Below are positions 1-13,019 of a DNA stretch of 64,000 nucleotides, piece by piece. The first letter of the stretch is position 1, and every line of letters starts with the position of its first letter. The DNA lies in NCBI GenBank assembly GCA_964016885.1, contig OZ024740.1:383160001-383224000 (forward strand), written 5' to 3'. The position numbers and the translations under genes were made by a program. The notes beneath the pieces were generated by a model. It was not told the origin of the DNA. It did no database searches and saw only the letters and a program-made list of their open reading frames with translations. This stretch comes from Eledone cirrhosa (Eukaryota).

Positions 1-263
1 TTGAGTAGTTTCCATAACTACAATATATAAATTGGGAAGACACATAGAAGAAGAACACAGATATTGAAGAGGGCACAGAATTTGTGACGAAATAGCTTTG
101 AAAAAATAACCTATAGCTAAAAGCTGAAATCTATGTCAAGAGTGCGTCTGTTTTATTGGCATCATACGCAAAATGGTCATCACCAAAAATAACAATTGAT
201 TTCACCAAAAAGATACTGGATCTTGAATATAATTTAAACATAACATACTTCCATTATATATAT

Positions 264-403
264 GCATAGTTACGTCCCTTTATGATCTGAGTTCAAATCC
301 CGCCGAGGTTGACTTTGCCTTTCATCCTTACGGGGTCGATAAAATAAAGTACCAGTAATGCACTGGATAATTGCTGGCCTTGTGCCTAAAGTAGAAACAA
401 TTA
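264..403 (+). mobile_element. 5'-truncated tRNA-derived Nin/Deu-domain SINE (copy 1 of a tandem pair)
   Basis: B-box-like GAGTTCAAATCC, core GACTTTGCCTTTCATCCTTACGGGGTCGATAAAATAAAGTACCAG and tail GTAGAAACAATTA, shared with about 10 other copies in the window. Confidence 0.85.
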
Positions 404-408
404 TATAT

Positions 409-558
409 ATGCTTTCCAGCATAGTTACGTCCCTTTACGATCTGAGTTCAAATCCCGCCGAGGTTGACTTTGCGTTTCATCCTTACGGGGTCGATAAAAT
501 AAAGTACCAGTAATGCACTGGGTAATTGCTGCCGTTGTGCCTAAAGTAGAAACAATTA
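409..558 (+). mobile_element. 5'-truncated SINE, tandem copy 2
   Basis: Near-identical direct repeat of 264-403. Confidence 0.85.
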
Positions 559-1184
559 TATATATGCATGAATAAACGACGTAAAACATTGCCGACAGAT
601 ATTGCTAATCTATAATACGAAATGTACGTATGACATTCAAGGAAATATTCATTGGCTATAGCTTAAACGCATTTTAATTTTTAAAAAAATCAATTGGGTT
701 TCCTGTATTTCAATATTGACTGACTTGACATAGATGAATGTGGCAACATTAAGAAGCTACAACATCTACAAAGATGGGTCAATTTATAATGAGGATTAAA
801 TATGCTGTCAAGTGACTAGCTTTATCGTTGAATTATTTGATGATGCTGGTGTGGTAGTGGACTTTTGCTAAACATTCTATAATTCAAAGTCCCAAAGTTT
901 GGGTCTTTGAATTCCTAGTCACTGATTTCGTGCTTCAGAGCCTGTTCTTTTTTATCGATTTGTATATGTACCAACGGGATCTCTGCGAAGGGTCAAGTGG
1001 ATCTTCCACACCGAACACAGTTTCAATTAATCCCCAAAAATTGAATACACTTGAGCCGCGCCGAAGGTGCGGTAAAACAAATATTTAGATGTCTTGTCAT
1101 TGGATCCATTCCTAGATCTAATGATTGGAAATGAACTTCTTAAATGCTCCAAACATGCACACACACGCGCAGTACACCCCCACA

Positions 1185-1240
1185 TATATATATATATGTA
1201 TGTGTGTGCCTGTGTGTGCACGTGTGTGTATATAAGTATG

Positions 1241-1332
<92 letters not shown>
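1185..1332. repeat. (TA)n/(TG)n microsatellite
   Basis: Directly visible. Confidence 0.95.
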
Positions 1333-1335
<3 letters not shown>

Positions 1336-1532
1336 TTAATCCCAATGACTTCTTTTTAACTTGATCTCCATTCCCTCGGTTACTTGCTTACATGTACCAT
1401 TATCCCGTGTTGCTCCTTCTATCGGTATTTTTTTTTCTTTTTTTTCTTCTCTCTTTCTTATTGTTTTCTCTCCCTCATGGCCTTTTGATAGATAAAAGGC
1501 TATGGGCACGCTACAGATAGATGTATAATAAA

Positions 1533-1711
1533 TAATTGTTTCTACTTTTGGCACAAGACCAGCAATTACCTAGTGCATTACTGGTACTTTATTTTATCGA
1601 CCCCGTAAGGCAAAGTTAACCTCGGCGGGATTTGAACTCAGATTGGAAAGCGCCGTAACTCTATGCATCAAAGCATGGCGTCCTACCTTCTACCGATACT
1701 GCCAATCCACC
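1533..1711 (-). mobile_element. Near full-length Nin/Deu-domain SINE
   Basis: Reverse complement of the family consensus, including the A-box-like head GGATTGGCAGTATCGGTAG. Confidence 0.85.
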
Positions 1712-2210
1712 ATAATAATGCACCGAAACATATGTGACCCGTAGTTAACTACTGACGAAACGAGGCTGTCCACCTCTTGTTTGTGTTCCCTTACCTTTTA
1801 ACACCCGTTATCAGTAACCACACAGACCTCTTCTCATCCGTATATATATAGGTTCCTGGAAGTTAGAATCCTTGTACGCTTAATGTACATTCGAATCTTC
1901 GAATCCTGGTACGCTTAATGATACATTCGAATCTTCGTGGATGTCTTATGTTCATTAGCAACAGTAACTACATGTGATGGTTTCAGATGGGAATTGAATT
2001 GCCTAACATCTCAGATTGGCGTTTGACAAACATATTTTCAGTGTGACTCATTTCGTAAACATTGAATTTCTAAATGACTAAAGTTGAAAAGTGTCATTAA
2101 AATGTTGAAATAGTACTTTAGGACAATGTTTTGTTAAGGATTCTGATTGGCGCACACATAAAAACGTGTAAATTTAAGCTAAAACTATGACGATAACAAC
2201 AACTAATAAG

Positions 2211-2211
<1 letters not shown>

Positions 2212-2261
<50 letters not shown>
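2212..2261. repeat. (CTA)n microsatellite
   Basis: Directly visible. Confidence 0.95.
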
Positions 2262-2588
2262 GATGCTGCATAAACGTATATATATATATATATATATATG
2301 TATAAGTTTCGTGAAATAGTCTTTTTAAGACTATATATATCATTTGTAGTTTTTCCAAATTGAAGGATGTGTATTTAAACTTTATTTTATTCTAAGTTAA
2401 GACTCTATTGGTTTTTTCCCTGGATTTCACAACATATGGGGATAAAATCTCTGTCTTGATTTTTTTTTAATTGAGTTTGAATTATTTTCCCATATCTTAC
2501 GTCAATTATTTTCCATTTTGACGTTATAGTCACATATATTATGAAATACTGTTGACTTCTTGCTCACATTAATTTCTCTATTTTCATT

Positions 2589-2623
<35 letters not shown>

Positions 2624-2624
2624 G

Positions 2625-2701
<77 letters not shown>

Positions 2702-2722
2702 TTATATATACACATAAAATAG

Positions 2723-2804
<82 letters not shown>

Positions 2805-2867
2805 ATATTTTAAATATGTGTGTATATAAATGTATATATATATATATGTGTGTGTGTATAAAAATAA

Positions 2868-2908
<41 letters not shown>

Positions 2909-2985
2909 TATATATATATATATACACACATATACATATATATATATTTGTGTGTGTGTATGTGTGTGTGTGTGTGTTTGTGTAT
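2589..2985. repeat. Compound (TA)n/(CA)n/(TG)n microsatellite
   Basis: Directly visible. Confidence 0.95.
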
Positions 2986-3375
2986 GTTTGTGATATGAAT
3001 AAGTTAGTACATGTGGTTGTATACGTAGGATTATTGTGCGTATACTTGACGGACTAGTTTACAGCAACAGATGTATTTAATATATTACTTCAACACACAC
3101 AGGGTTTCTGTTTTCCCGACATTTATATATACTGGAACATAAATATAAATTAAATTGTTTTCATGGCCTGAATGTAAGATTAAAATAAAATATATGAAAA
3201 CCTTATCTCGCCAAACTTCTCGTGCGTACACTCTGACAAAAACTCATATATATATATTATATATATATATATGTATATAAATATATATATGAACAAGTTT
3301 TATTTAAAATGTTGGGTTACAACGAGTAAATATTTTATAACTGATATAAAAGCACTCAACAGATTTTGGAGTATT

Positions 3376-4745
3376 TTACGATATTAAACAAATGGAAATT
3401 ACATTTATAAAACCATATTTATTTCATTATATATATTTCAGGGATATCATATTAAAAATATGGTATGCCCTCTTCAGATAAAATACAATATATAGACAGC
3501 TTTATAAATAAATTTGACATACCTTAGAGTTCACAACTTCCATTTAAAAAGTTGTTACGGTAGTGAAAATGTTAAGGACGGTTAGAAAGAAAGACTGAGA
3601 GAAAAAGGAAAAAGAAAAAGAAGGAGAAAAGAAAAAGAAAGAGCGGAAGGTGAAGAAGATGAAGAAATGTATGTAAAGAGAAAATCACCAAATGAGAGAT
3701 CTATGAGGGAAGGGGGTACTGTAATTATTCATTTGTTTATTTATTTATTTAGTGTTAAGGATACGGGGAGAAATAAAAACAAAATAAAGAGAGGTAGATC
3801 GAGTAATATCTATTATACGAGGTGGGAGAGATAGGGGAGGGGTGATATACAGGAGATAGAGTTAAAACAGCCGATATAAGAGTAGAAGGGAGGAGGAGAG
3901 GAGATATACTTAGAAACAAAAATGATAGTTTTAAAATATTATGTTTCATCAGTCTATCAATTCCTATGAATTATAACGTAAACATCAATATTCATGAATG
4001 AGACACATATCAATAATGTGTGAAAAAATAGTGACTATATGTTTAGTTTAAAAATTCATAGGTTTATAATCAAAATCTGAGATAAAACCTCAACAATAAA
4101 TACTGGAATACATAGGTATATATGTATTTTCATGAAAAAAGAGAAAAAGAGAAAGAAAAAGAGAAGGTTATCTCAAACTGACATTATAGACACATGTGAG
4201 TTTACATGATCAGCTCTGTAAATTTTCATTTCACATGGAACTCTTCATTGCGTTAAAAAGATTTTACCATACACATAAGTGTACATACATATATATATAC
4301 ATAAAATATACATTATTAATAATAATAATATCCTTGCCCTTTCTTACATGATTATCGTACAAGCATAGAATAGAACAGATATCAATATATTAAAATATTA
4401 AAAACGCCAAGAATATTTTCCTCCCCAGAATATCTAGGGCCGTAATAAAAACACAGTGTGCCCAGCATATCAATCAATCCCTCCAATTTATTTGACAATA
4501 CTGCCAAGTTTATTAGAAGCAATCAGAGTCAAAAGCAAACAAAACCAAAATTATTCTCCAAACTTATTTAGCAGAAATCATTCAAAAAAACTTTAGGATG
4601 CTCGGTTGTTCTACAGATGCTCTTATATTTATTCTAGAAGTTTATCTAGCATAAAAATGTTATTCAATAGATTTGGATCATCACCGTTTTAAGGTAGTTT
4701 AATTACATTATTAATTATATATTCATGAAGAAGGTTTAAAGAATT
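3376..4745 (-). repeat. Left arm of long inverted repeat (inverted PLE 3' UTR/pLTR)
   Basis: Reverse complement of 6409-7743 with few substitutions and two small indels. Confidence 0.92.
3420..3485 (-). ncRNA. Minimal type I hammerhead ribozyme (mirror copy of 7632-7697)
   Basis: Reverse complement reads tattttat-CTGAAGA-gggc...ccct-GAAA-tatata-TA-atgaaata. Confidence 0.7.
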
Positions 4746-6348
4746 ATTCTAGACAGAAAAACATTCTAGACAGGGTGATACAGCAAATTAAGAACTTGAA
4801 TTGTTCACCTAACTTAAGCTTGTGGAAGGGAACTGAAGAGGTTATTGAGTGGTTTAAAGAAATTAAATATAACAATAATAATAAATTTATTCAACTAGAT
4901 ATTGCTAACTACTATTCATCTATTACCCCTAACCTACTAAATAAGGCACTAAATTATGCATTCAAACATACAGACCTAACTAGCAATGAAATGCACATTA
5001 TACTATCGGCAAGAAAAACATTGATAGAATTTAATAACCAACTATGGACTAGGGCAGATAGGGATAGCAATTTTGACATTACTATGGGATCATCTGACTC
5101 AGCTCAGGTAACAGACCTTGTGGGCCTATTTATAATTAATTAGCTGCATAGGAAAATACCCGGTGCTACCGGAGGATTATATCGGGATGACATGCTTTTA
5201 CTTATTGAAAATAATAACTCTGAACTAAATAGAAAAAGAAAACAAATTATACAATTTTTTAATTACCTCAATCTAAAAATAGAAATTGAGAATAACCATA
5301 GAATAGTCAATTTCCTAGATGTAACATTAAATCTCAACACATGTCTTCACTATCCATTTCACAAGTTAAATGAAAACTTGAATTATGTCAACTTTAACTC
5401 CAACCACCCCAGATCTGTTAAAAATACTATAGTGAACTCTGTTCAAAAACGTATCTCTAGAATCTCATCTAATAAAAATATTTTCGACCAAAAAGCCCAC
5501 TATTACAATGAAGCTTAGCTAGAGCAGGATATAGTGATAAAATTATGTACATCGATAATAATAGACAAACTAATCAAAATAACAACAATTTTAATTACGG
5601 TAACAACTTTAACAACTATAATAGAACGAATTACAATAATTCCAAAAACCAGAAAAGGAATAGAACTAGAAACATAATTTGGTTTGCCCCCCCTTTCTCA
5701 CTAAACATTAAAACCCACATCGCTAAACTATTTTTTAATGCTCTTGACAAACGATTCCCTAGAACACATAAGTATCACTCAATTTTCAATAGACATACTA
5801 TAAAATTAACCTACTCGTCCACCAAAAATTTAGCACAAAATATTAATAGAATAAATAATAGAAATCTAAAACCTAGCCAAAATACCGATAATAGCATAAA
5901 CAATATTCAAGTAAACAACTGTAACTGTAGAGATAGATCTAAATGCCCGTTAAATAACAATTGCTTAGTTAAAAATATAATATACAACTGTAATGTTAAA
6001 ACTGACTTAAATTCTTTTAATTATGTTGGTTCCACCTCGACAGAATTTAAACTTCGCTATAATAATCACAAGAATTCTTTCACAGATCCAAACAAAAAAT
6101 CTTCAACATCACTATCAGGCTTACTCTGGCAACTTAAACATGATAACGTTGGATATTCGACGGTTTGGAATATAGTCTCAAGAGGGATTCCTTTTAATTC
6201 CTCCTCTGAGACATGTGACCTCTGCGCAGAGGAGATATTCTTTATACTAAAATATAAAAATTCCCTTAATTTACGGACCAATTTATTCAGTTGCTGCAGA
6301 CATAGATTGAACTCAACTTTTAAATATAAATATAAGTTTAAAATGTAA
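4746..6348 (+). pseudogene. PLE reverse transcriptase + GIY-YIG endonuclease, 5'-truncated, one TAG stop (5141) and one frameshift (~5517)
   Basis: Motifs QLDIANYYSSI, DITMGSSDSAQVTDLVG, YRDD (5180-5191), FLDVTLNL, SNHP, RNIIWFAPPFS, NCNCRDRSKCPL, IIY...YVGST..FKLRYNNH, CDLC, CRH. Confidence 0.92.
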
Positions 6349-6408
6349 TATATTTACTTAAGACTTTTAATTATTTTAGAAAACTTGGCGATTTCTTTCG
6401 ATTCCTTC

Positions 6409-7743
6409 AATTCTTTAAACCTTCTTCATGAATATATAATTAATAATGTAATTAAACTACCTTAAAACGGTGATGATCCAAATCTATTGAATAACATTTT
6501 TATGCTAGATAAACTTCTAGAATAAATATAAGAGCATCTGTAGAACAACCAAGCATCCTAAAGTTTGTTTGAATGATTTCTGTTTGGTGAATAATTTTGG
6601 TTTTGTTTGCTTTTGACTCTGATTGCTATAATAAACTTGGCAGTATTGTCAAATAAATTGGAGGGATTGATTGATATGCTGGGCACACTGTGTTTTTATT
6701 ACGGCCCTAGATATTCTGGGGAGGAAAATATTCTTGGCGTTTTTAATATTTTAATATATTGATATCTGTTCTATTCTATGCTTGTACGAAAATCATGTAA
6801 GAAAGGGCAAGAATATTATTATTATTAATAATGTATATTTTATGTATATATATATGTATGTACACTTATGTGTATGGTAAAATCTTTTTAACGCAATGAA
6901 GAGTTCCATGTGAAATGAAAATTTACAGAGCTGATCATGTAAACTCACATGTGTCTATAATGTCAGTTTGAGATAACCTTCTCTTTTTCTTTCTCTTTTC
7001 TCTTTTTTCATGAAAATACATATATACCTATGTATTCCAGTATTTATTTTTGAGGTTTTATCTCAGATTTTGATTATAAACCTATGAATTTTTAAACTAA
7101 ACATATAGTCACTATTTTTTCACACATTATTGATATGTGTCTCATTCATGAATATTGATGTTTACATTATAATTCATAGGAATTGATAGACTGATGAAAC
7201 ATAATATTTTAAAACTATCATTTTTGTTTCTAAGTATATCTCCTCTCCTCCTCCCTTCTACTCTTATATCGGCTGTTTTAACTCTATCTCCCACCTCGTA
7301 TAATAGATATTACTCGATCTACCTCTCTTTATTTTGTTTTTATTTCTCCCCGTATCCTTAACACTAAATAAATAAATAAACAAATGAATAATTACAGTAC
7401 CCCCTTCCCTCATAGATCTCTCATTTGGTGATTTTCTCTTTACATACATTTCTTCATCTTCTTCACCTTCCGCTCTTTCTTTTTCTTTTCTCCTTCTTTT
7501 TCTTTTTCCTTTTTTCTCTCAGTCTTTCTTTCTAACCGTCCTTAACATTTTCACTACCGTAACAACTTTTTAAATGGAAGTTGTGAACTCTAAGGTATGT
7601 CAAATTTATTTATAAAGCTGTCTATATATTGTATTTTATCTGAAGAGGGCATACCATATTTTTAATATGATATCCCTGAAATATATATAATGAAATAAAT
7701 ATGGTTTTATAAATGTAATTTCCATTTGTTTAATATCGTAAAT
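6409..7743 (+). repeat. Right arm of long inverted repeat (PLE 3' UTR/pLTR)
   Basis: Pairs with 3376-4745. Confidence 0.92.
7632..7697 (+). ncRNA. Minimal type I hammerhead ribozyme in the PLE 3' region
   Basis: Stem I tattttat/atgaaata, core CTGAAGA (7640), imperfect stem II gggcataccatat/atatgatatccct, GAAA, palindromic minimal stem III atatatat, predicted AUA cleavage triplet. Confidence 0.72.
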
Positions 7744-7756
7744 ATATATATATATA

Positions 7757-8526
7757 TTAGAATTGGTGCTCTGAAATAGCGATATATATATGAATGTATA
7801 TATAGAGTATTTTGCAATACACTGTATGCTTAATTAAAATCATTTCGAAGACCCTTCGCTATTGTTTTAGAGTAGTGACAGTCTCACTTACTTTACATTT
7901 TCAGCAAACAGGAGAGATAAAGCTGAAAAAGCTCTGTTTTGTACTGATTGGTACTTAGCAAAGCCAAGTACTCCACCTGTTTGCTGAAAATCATGAATGT
8001 TTGATTCTTATAGAATTCTAGTAATAATCAGGAACTGATTATACAGAGCGATTGCCGGTCAGGCAGGAATTGAAAATTCGAATTGGTGCTCTGAAATAGC
8101 GATATATATATATGAATGTATATATAATGTATTTTGCAATACACTGTATGCTTAATTAAAAGCGTTTCGAAGACCTTACGCTATTGTTTTAGAGTAGGGA
8201 CAGTCTCACTTACTTTAAATTATCAGCAAACAGCAGCAATTCTAATTTCCAATTCCTACCTGACTGGCAACCGCTCTGTATGATCAGTTCCTGATTATTA
8301 CTAGAATTCTATAAGAATCAAACATTCATGATTTTCAGCAAACAGGTGGAGTACTTGGCTTTGATAAGTACCAATAAGTACGAAAGAGAGCTCTGTCAGC
8401 TTTATCTCCCCTGTTTACTGAAAATGTAAAGTGAGACTGTCACTACTCTAAAACAATAGTGTAAGGTCTTCGAAATGCTTTTAATTAAGCATACAGTGTA
8501 TTGCAAAATACACTATATATGCTTTC

Positions 8527-8530
<4 letters not shown>
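7757..8530. repeat. 320-bp-period tandem repeat plus inverted copy (fold-back pLTR-like insertion in TA)
   Basis: gaattggtgctctgaaatagc at 7760 and 8080; 8237-8530 is the reverse complement of ~7790-8085. Confidence 0.85.
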
Positions 8531-8562
<32 letters not shown>

Positions 8563-8581
8563 GAAAAGAAAAGTATCCCCA

Positions 8582-8624
8582 GTCACTGAAGAGGTCAGAG
8601 AATGTGTGACGAAAGAACTTTGAC
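8582..8624 (+). ncRNA. Probable minimal type I hammerhead ribozyme in a short insert between TA tracts
   Basis: gtca-CTGAAGA-ggtca-gagaatgtg-tgac-GAAA-gaac-TT-tgac; stem II is one nucleotide out of register. Confidence 0.55.
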
Positions 8625-8776
8625 AATATATGAACAATCGTCTGGTTGTGGAACCGACCAACCAACCAACCGGAAATTTATAAATTCCTAAATTTATAAA
8701 TTCAATTTATAATAAATTGTAGTGAAAGCAACTGGTGCGTGTGTTTCTTATTGGCAACATGACCCTCCCTAAGTAT

Positions 8777-9034
<258 letters not shown>

Positions 9035-10906
9035 GAGTATGCATATATAAATTCTGGTGAGTCTATGTGTTTGTGTGTGCGCGTGTGTGTACTGGAACGT
9101 GTGTATCAACATATGTGAAAGCACTAATTAGATACTCTAATACGTTACCTGTCGAAATTCTCATTTGGGTTGATTGATATCCCTCTAAGGCACTTCAACA
9201 ATCGAATTTTCGCCTCAATTATATTTAATGCATTTGCAAGCCAATTCTTTAACGAGGCGATTTATTTCCGATTTGTATCTCACATTGTCTACACCTGTGG
9301 TTATACATAAAGTCGGGACTTTGAAGAAAATATAGTTTTGTCTTTGTCTATATCCTCGCTATTGTTTTAGCACACACAAACACACACAAACACACACACA
9401 CAACTCTCTACATATATAAATAAGTGTAAGTATGTGTGTGTGTAATGAGTGTGTTTCTTTTTCGTAGTGCCTTTAATTGCCGCTTATAGACATATATACC
9501 ACCTGTCTTAACCTTGAAACATATGTACAAATTGATAAAGAAATTAGCCATAAGTACTATCTCGGTGTTCTTTAAATTTCAATCGGTTCACATGCAATTA
9601 TGAACATAATTTTCAGATATTAACATAATTCGGCTCAAGCAAATCACTCGCGTCCCACGAAGCACTTTATGTTAATTATCTCTCATAATGTTGTGACCAT
9701 AGAATATATTTGAAATCACATCGAATGAAGTGTTCTAGCTCGACTTTGGTGTACTTACACCATCGTTTGGTTTATCACCGAAACTGAGCCCGGGCTTGTA
9801 TATATATATATATATATATATGTGTGTATGTCTGTGTGTCTGTACGAACAACGAACAAACACACAAACAAGAGGATGCATTACCATAAAGTCTTAAAGGC
9901 TTAAGAGAATGAGAGTGAGTTACACAGTCAACGTATTGGGTATTTGCACTTCATGAAGAGAAACACAAAATGAAAATCACGAAGAAAATAACAGATAAAA
10001 AATCCCATCTGGAATAAAATTAGAAAGAAAATATAAAAGGAGAGTGGGGGAGAGAAGGACAATTGATGAGAGTGGGAGGGTCCGAAATGCGGTTGTTGGG
10101 ATCTCGGTGAATGGTGCGGACGTGAAGTTTGTGGTTGTGTGATGCGGGTGTGTGTGGTGGACGTGTGTATTTGGCAGATATGTGTGGTTATTGGTGTGTA
10201 TTGTGTGGTTGCAGATATTTGTGTATAAGTCTGTGTGAGTGTGTATACGAAAGGAGTGGGATGGTTTTCGTATGTGATATGGTCCGAGATATGTTTTCAT
10301 TTTGAAGTTGGTAAGACGAAAGTGTATAATAGCCGTGTGTACAGTGGAAGAACGAATAATCGTGCGTGAGTATTATTCCCAACACGAAAGATTATGTCTG
10401 CAGGGAGATTGTTTTTATACTCCTTTTCCATTAACGCCACACACTAATTGAAATGGGGCATCAATCCTGCAAATTTAGGAAACATGTAAATATGCTATAG
10501 GTATAAAAGCGTCAAAACAACTTGACAGATATTTGTAGTGACTATTACAAGTATATGTGCCAAATAAATCCTATCAAGTTCTCTGAACAAAAGTAAATGC
10601 AGAATCACCCAAAATAAAAAAAATATATATGTATATATACTCTTATAAAAATAAAAAAAGTATTAACAAAAAAATTCAACAAACTAAAATATTGCCTACA
10701 GCAAGACAGAAATTCGACTGCTATTTCACTGCTCGAATAAATATATTATCTACAAAAGTGCATGAAGAGAAATTGTCCCTGAAGTTAATTACCGTCCGAT
10801 CTCACTCATCTCTAATACCATTATGGTATTTAAGAAGATGTTAGGATCTCAATAAATTGGGACCTTGGAATATTTGCATATACGAAATAGAAAATATGGA
10901 CTGGAA

Positions 10907-10962
<56 letters not shown>

Positions 10963-11715
10963 GTGTACTTGGGGAGGTTGATATAGTTATAATATTGCCG
11001 GAAATAATAATGGAACACACTCACTGAAAGAGATTCAGTGAATTAATGGTATGGATACCAAAACGACCATTGGATGCCCAGGTGGAGTGTATATATTAAG
11101 AAAACCGATAAAATTTCTGTTACAGTTATAAAGTTTTTTTTATTGCGTATCGATCTGTTACGCGTGTTTCGCAGAGGTCTGTCTCAGGATCACCCATATA
11201 ATTTATGGACCCGACTCCAATAACGAGGTGCTGCTTAGGCTGTCGATTCAACAAAAGATATATTTGTTGAATCTCCAGTCTTATGAGTAGAACGATAAAG
11301 GAGTCGGGTCCAAAAGAGTTATGGGTGTCCCTGTGCGAGCGTGTGTGTGGGGGTTTGGGAGGGGTGGTATGTGTATATATTTCCTGTTCTGTTTTATCCT
11401 ACAGTTCTATATTAAACAAACACTTCAACCTTACAGGCAAACATCTATGCATATTTTCTTCTATTCTCAGTGTAATAATAATAGCTCAGTGTAGCAGGGT
11501 TTTCTACGCAGATGCGCTAAATGTGATTCGATTGATTTGTTGAGAAAAGAAAACATATATATATATTATCGAGAAAGTTATTGCTCCGTAGAATAGCTTT
11601 TGTGCAGACGTCTACAGAAAAGAAAACATTGTATACTTCTTTACACTGACTATGTTGAAATTAAAATATCGAATTAAATCTTTTTCAGAGGACTCCTTAT
11701 TGCCAGCCATACAGG

Positions 11716-11772
<57 letters not shown>

Positions 11773-11805
11773 TTGCGTGTATTCCTCTGTGTGTGTTTGC
11801 AGGTG

Positions 11806-11837
<32 letters not shown>

Positions 11838-13019
11838 CGTGTGTGTGTGAGCCAGGCGTGAGAGATCATATTTTTTATTTTTAATGCAGTAAGTGCCGTT
11901 GGGCAATTTTAAATTCTTGTGTTTCTTAGTTACAAATTTTGCATACATCTATGAACATCTGCATTGTCTCTTTCTCACCCTTTCAGATAGCGGACAACCC
12001 GCATCTCCGTGAGAACACATAATATCATTATATACAGTTGCCGGAAATTTCCGGCTGACTAACCATTCCCAATCTATTGAATGAATATAATAATTATGTC
12101 GACTATACAAAAATCATGTTTCTCAAACTCTTTTATGAATATATATCTTTTTTTTATGTGTAGGGAAAGCAGTACTTGTTTTACGAACTTGTAATGTATT
12201 TTATTGCTGCTACTATTTTATCTTTCATTTATTCCTTCTTTTAAAGGGTGCATAGAAAAAGATGTCCACTTTAAATGCATACTAACACACACAATGGCAC
12301 AGATATACGCATCTTAGTATCAACGTTCGACAACAAATTTATTTTCATAAAATAATTTAACAACGCACAATATATATCCGATCATGTGGATGCATAATGG
12401 CGTTTCACGAGCCGGTCCTTTCTGGCAAATAAAGCTTACCGTCATAAAGTGATGTCCAAAGTTCAATCATGCTGGTCAGTTCCAACTGATTCACATGTAC
12501 CGAATAGATTTATCGAATGTTCCAGTTAGGACATTGATCAACAGCATAGAGTCATCCAAATCGTATTTAGAAAGGATTTTTGTTAAATAAGCAGTGAGAG
12601 ATAGTATATGTTGTCCACATTTCTGAATAGTTGCCTATTCAGATCCCAAATTTGTGATTTTCGTGGTCCACCATGATAGCCCTCTTAGGCAGAGATTTGG
12701 TTACCTGAAGATTAAAGCGCGGTTCCAATCACGTTTAACCTACATAGAGAGGGTCAGTACTTTTGTTAAGCAAAGGTTGAGAGGGTGCGCCGTCAACAAC
12801 AGGTGGCGGGATGCTCTTTAGAAAGAGATTAGTGTAGTATCATAGCCTTTAATAAAGTAGTAATAGAGTAAAATAAATAGTAGAAAAGGGTTTGATTAAG
12901 TAGGTAAATTAGAAGAGGCGTTTAGAAGTGGATTTGAAGCCGAGTCCTAGCAACGAAAATGTCATTAGACCAATACTTCAATGTGAAACACTAAATTTTC
13001 ATTGTCAAATACGGCTATT

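Larger units (their letters stand above)
3291..7743 (+). mobile_element. 5'-truncated Penelope-like element (Hydra-like) with an inverted copy of its 3' UTR/pLTR upstream, inserted in (TA)n
   Basis: RT+GIY-YIG pseudo-ORF 4746-6348; about 1.35-kb inverted repeat 3376-4745 vs 6409-7743; TA tracts on both sides. Confidence 0.9.

Noticed and set aside
264-558. Repeated SINE core as a CRISPR-like array or tRNA genes
   Set aside because: Dispersed on both strands with a SINE body and tail, no spacers, no full cloverleaf
1048-1095. Hairpin gccgcgcc-gaa-ggtgcggt as HHR stem II
   Set aside because: Neither CTGAnGA nor GAAA is present
1500-1745. Possible HHR split by the SINE at 1533-1711 (…gaaacatatgtgacccgtag)
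   Set aside because: The rejoined core (cagataga) and cleavage triplet (GUG) are too degenerate
7191-7235. CTGATGA in the PLE 3' UTR
   Set aside because: No correctly placed GAAA or stem I/III
9960-10400. Minus-strand PLE-like C-terminus/3' UTR
   Set aside because: Only compositional similarity and a weak FHCTH motif
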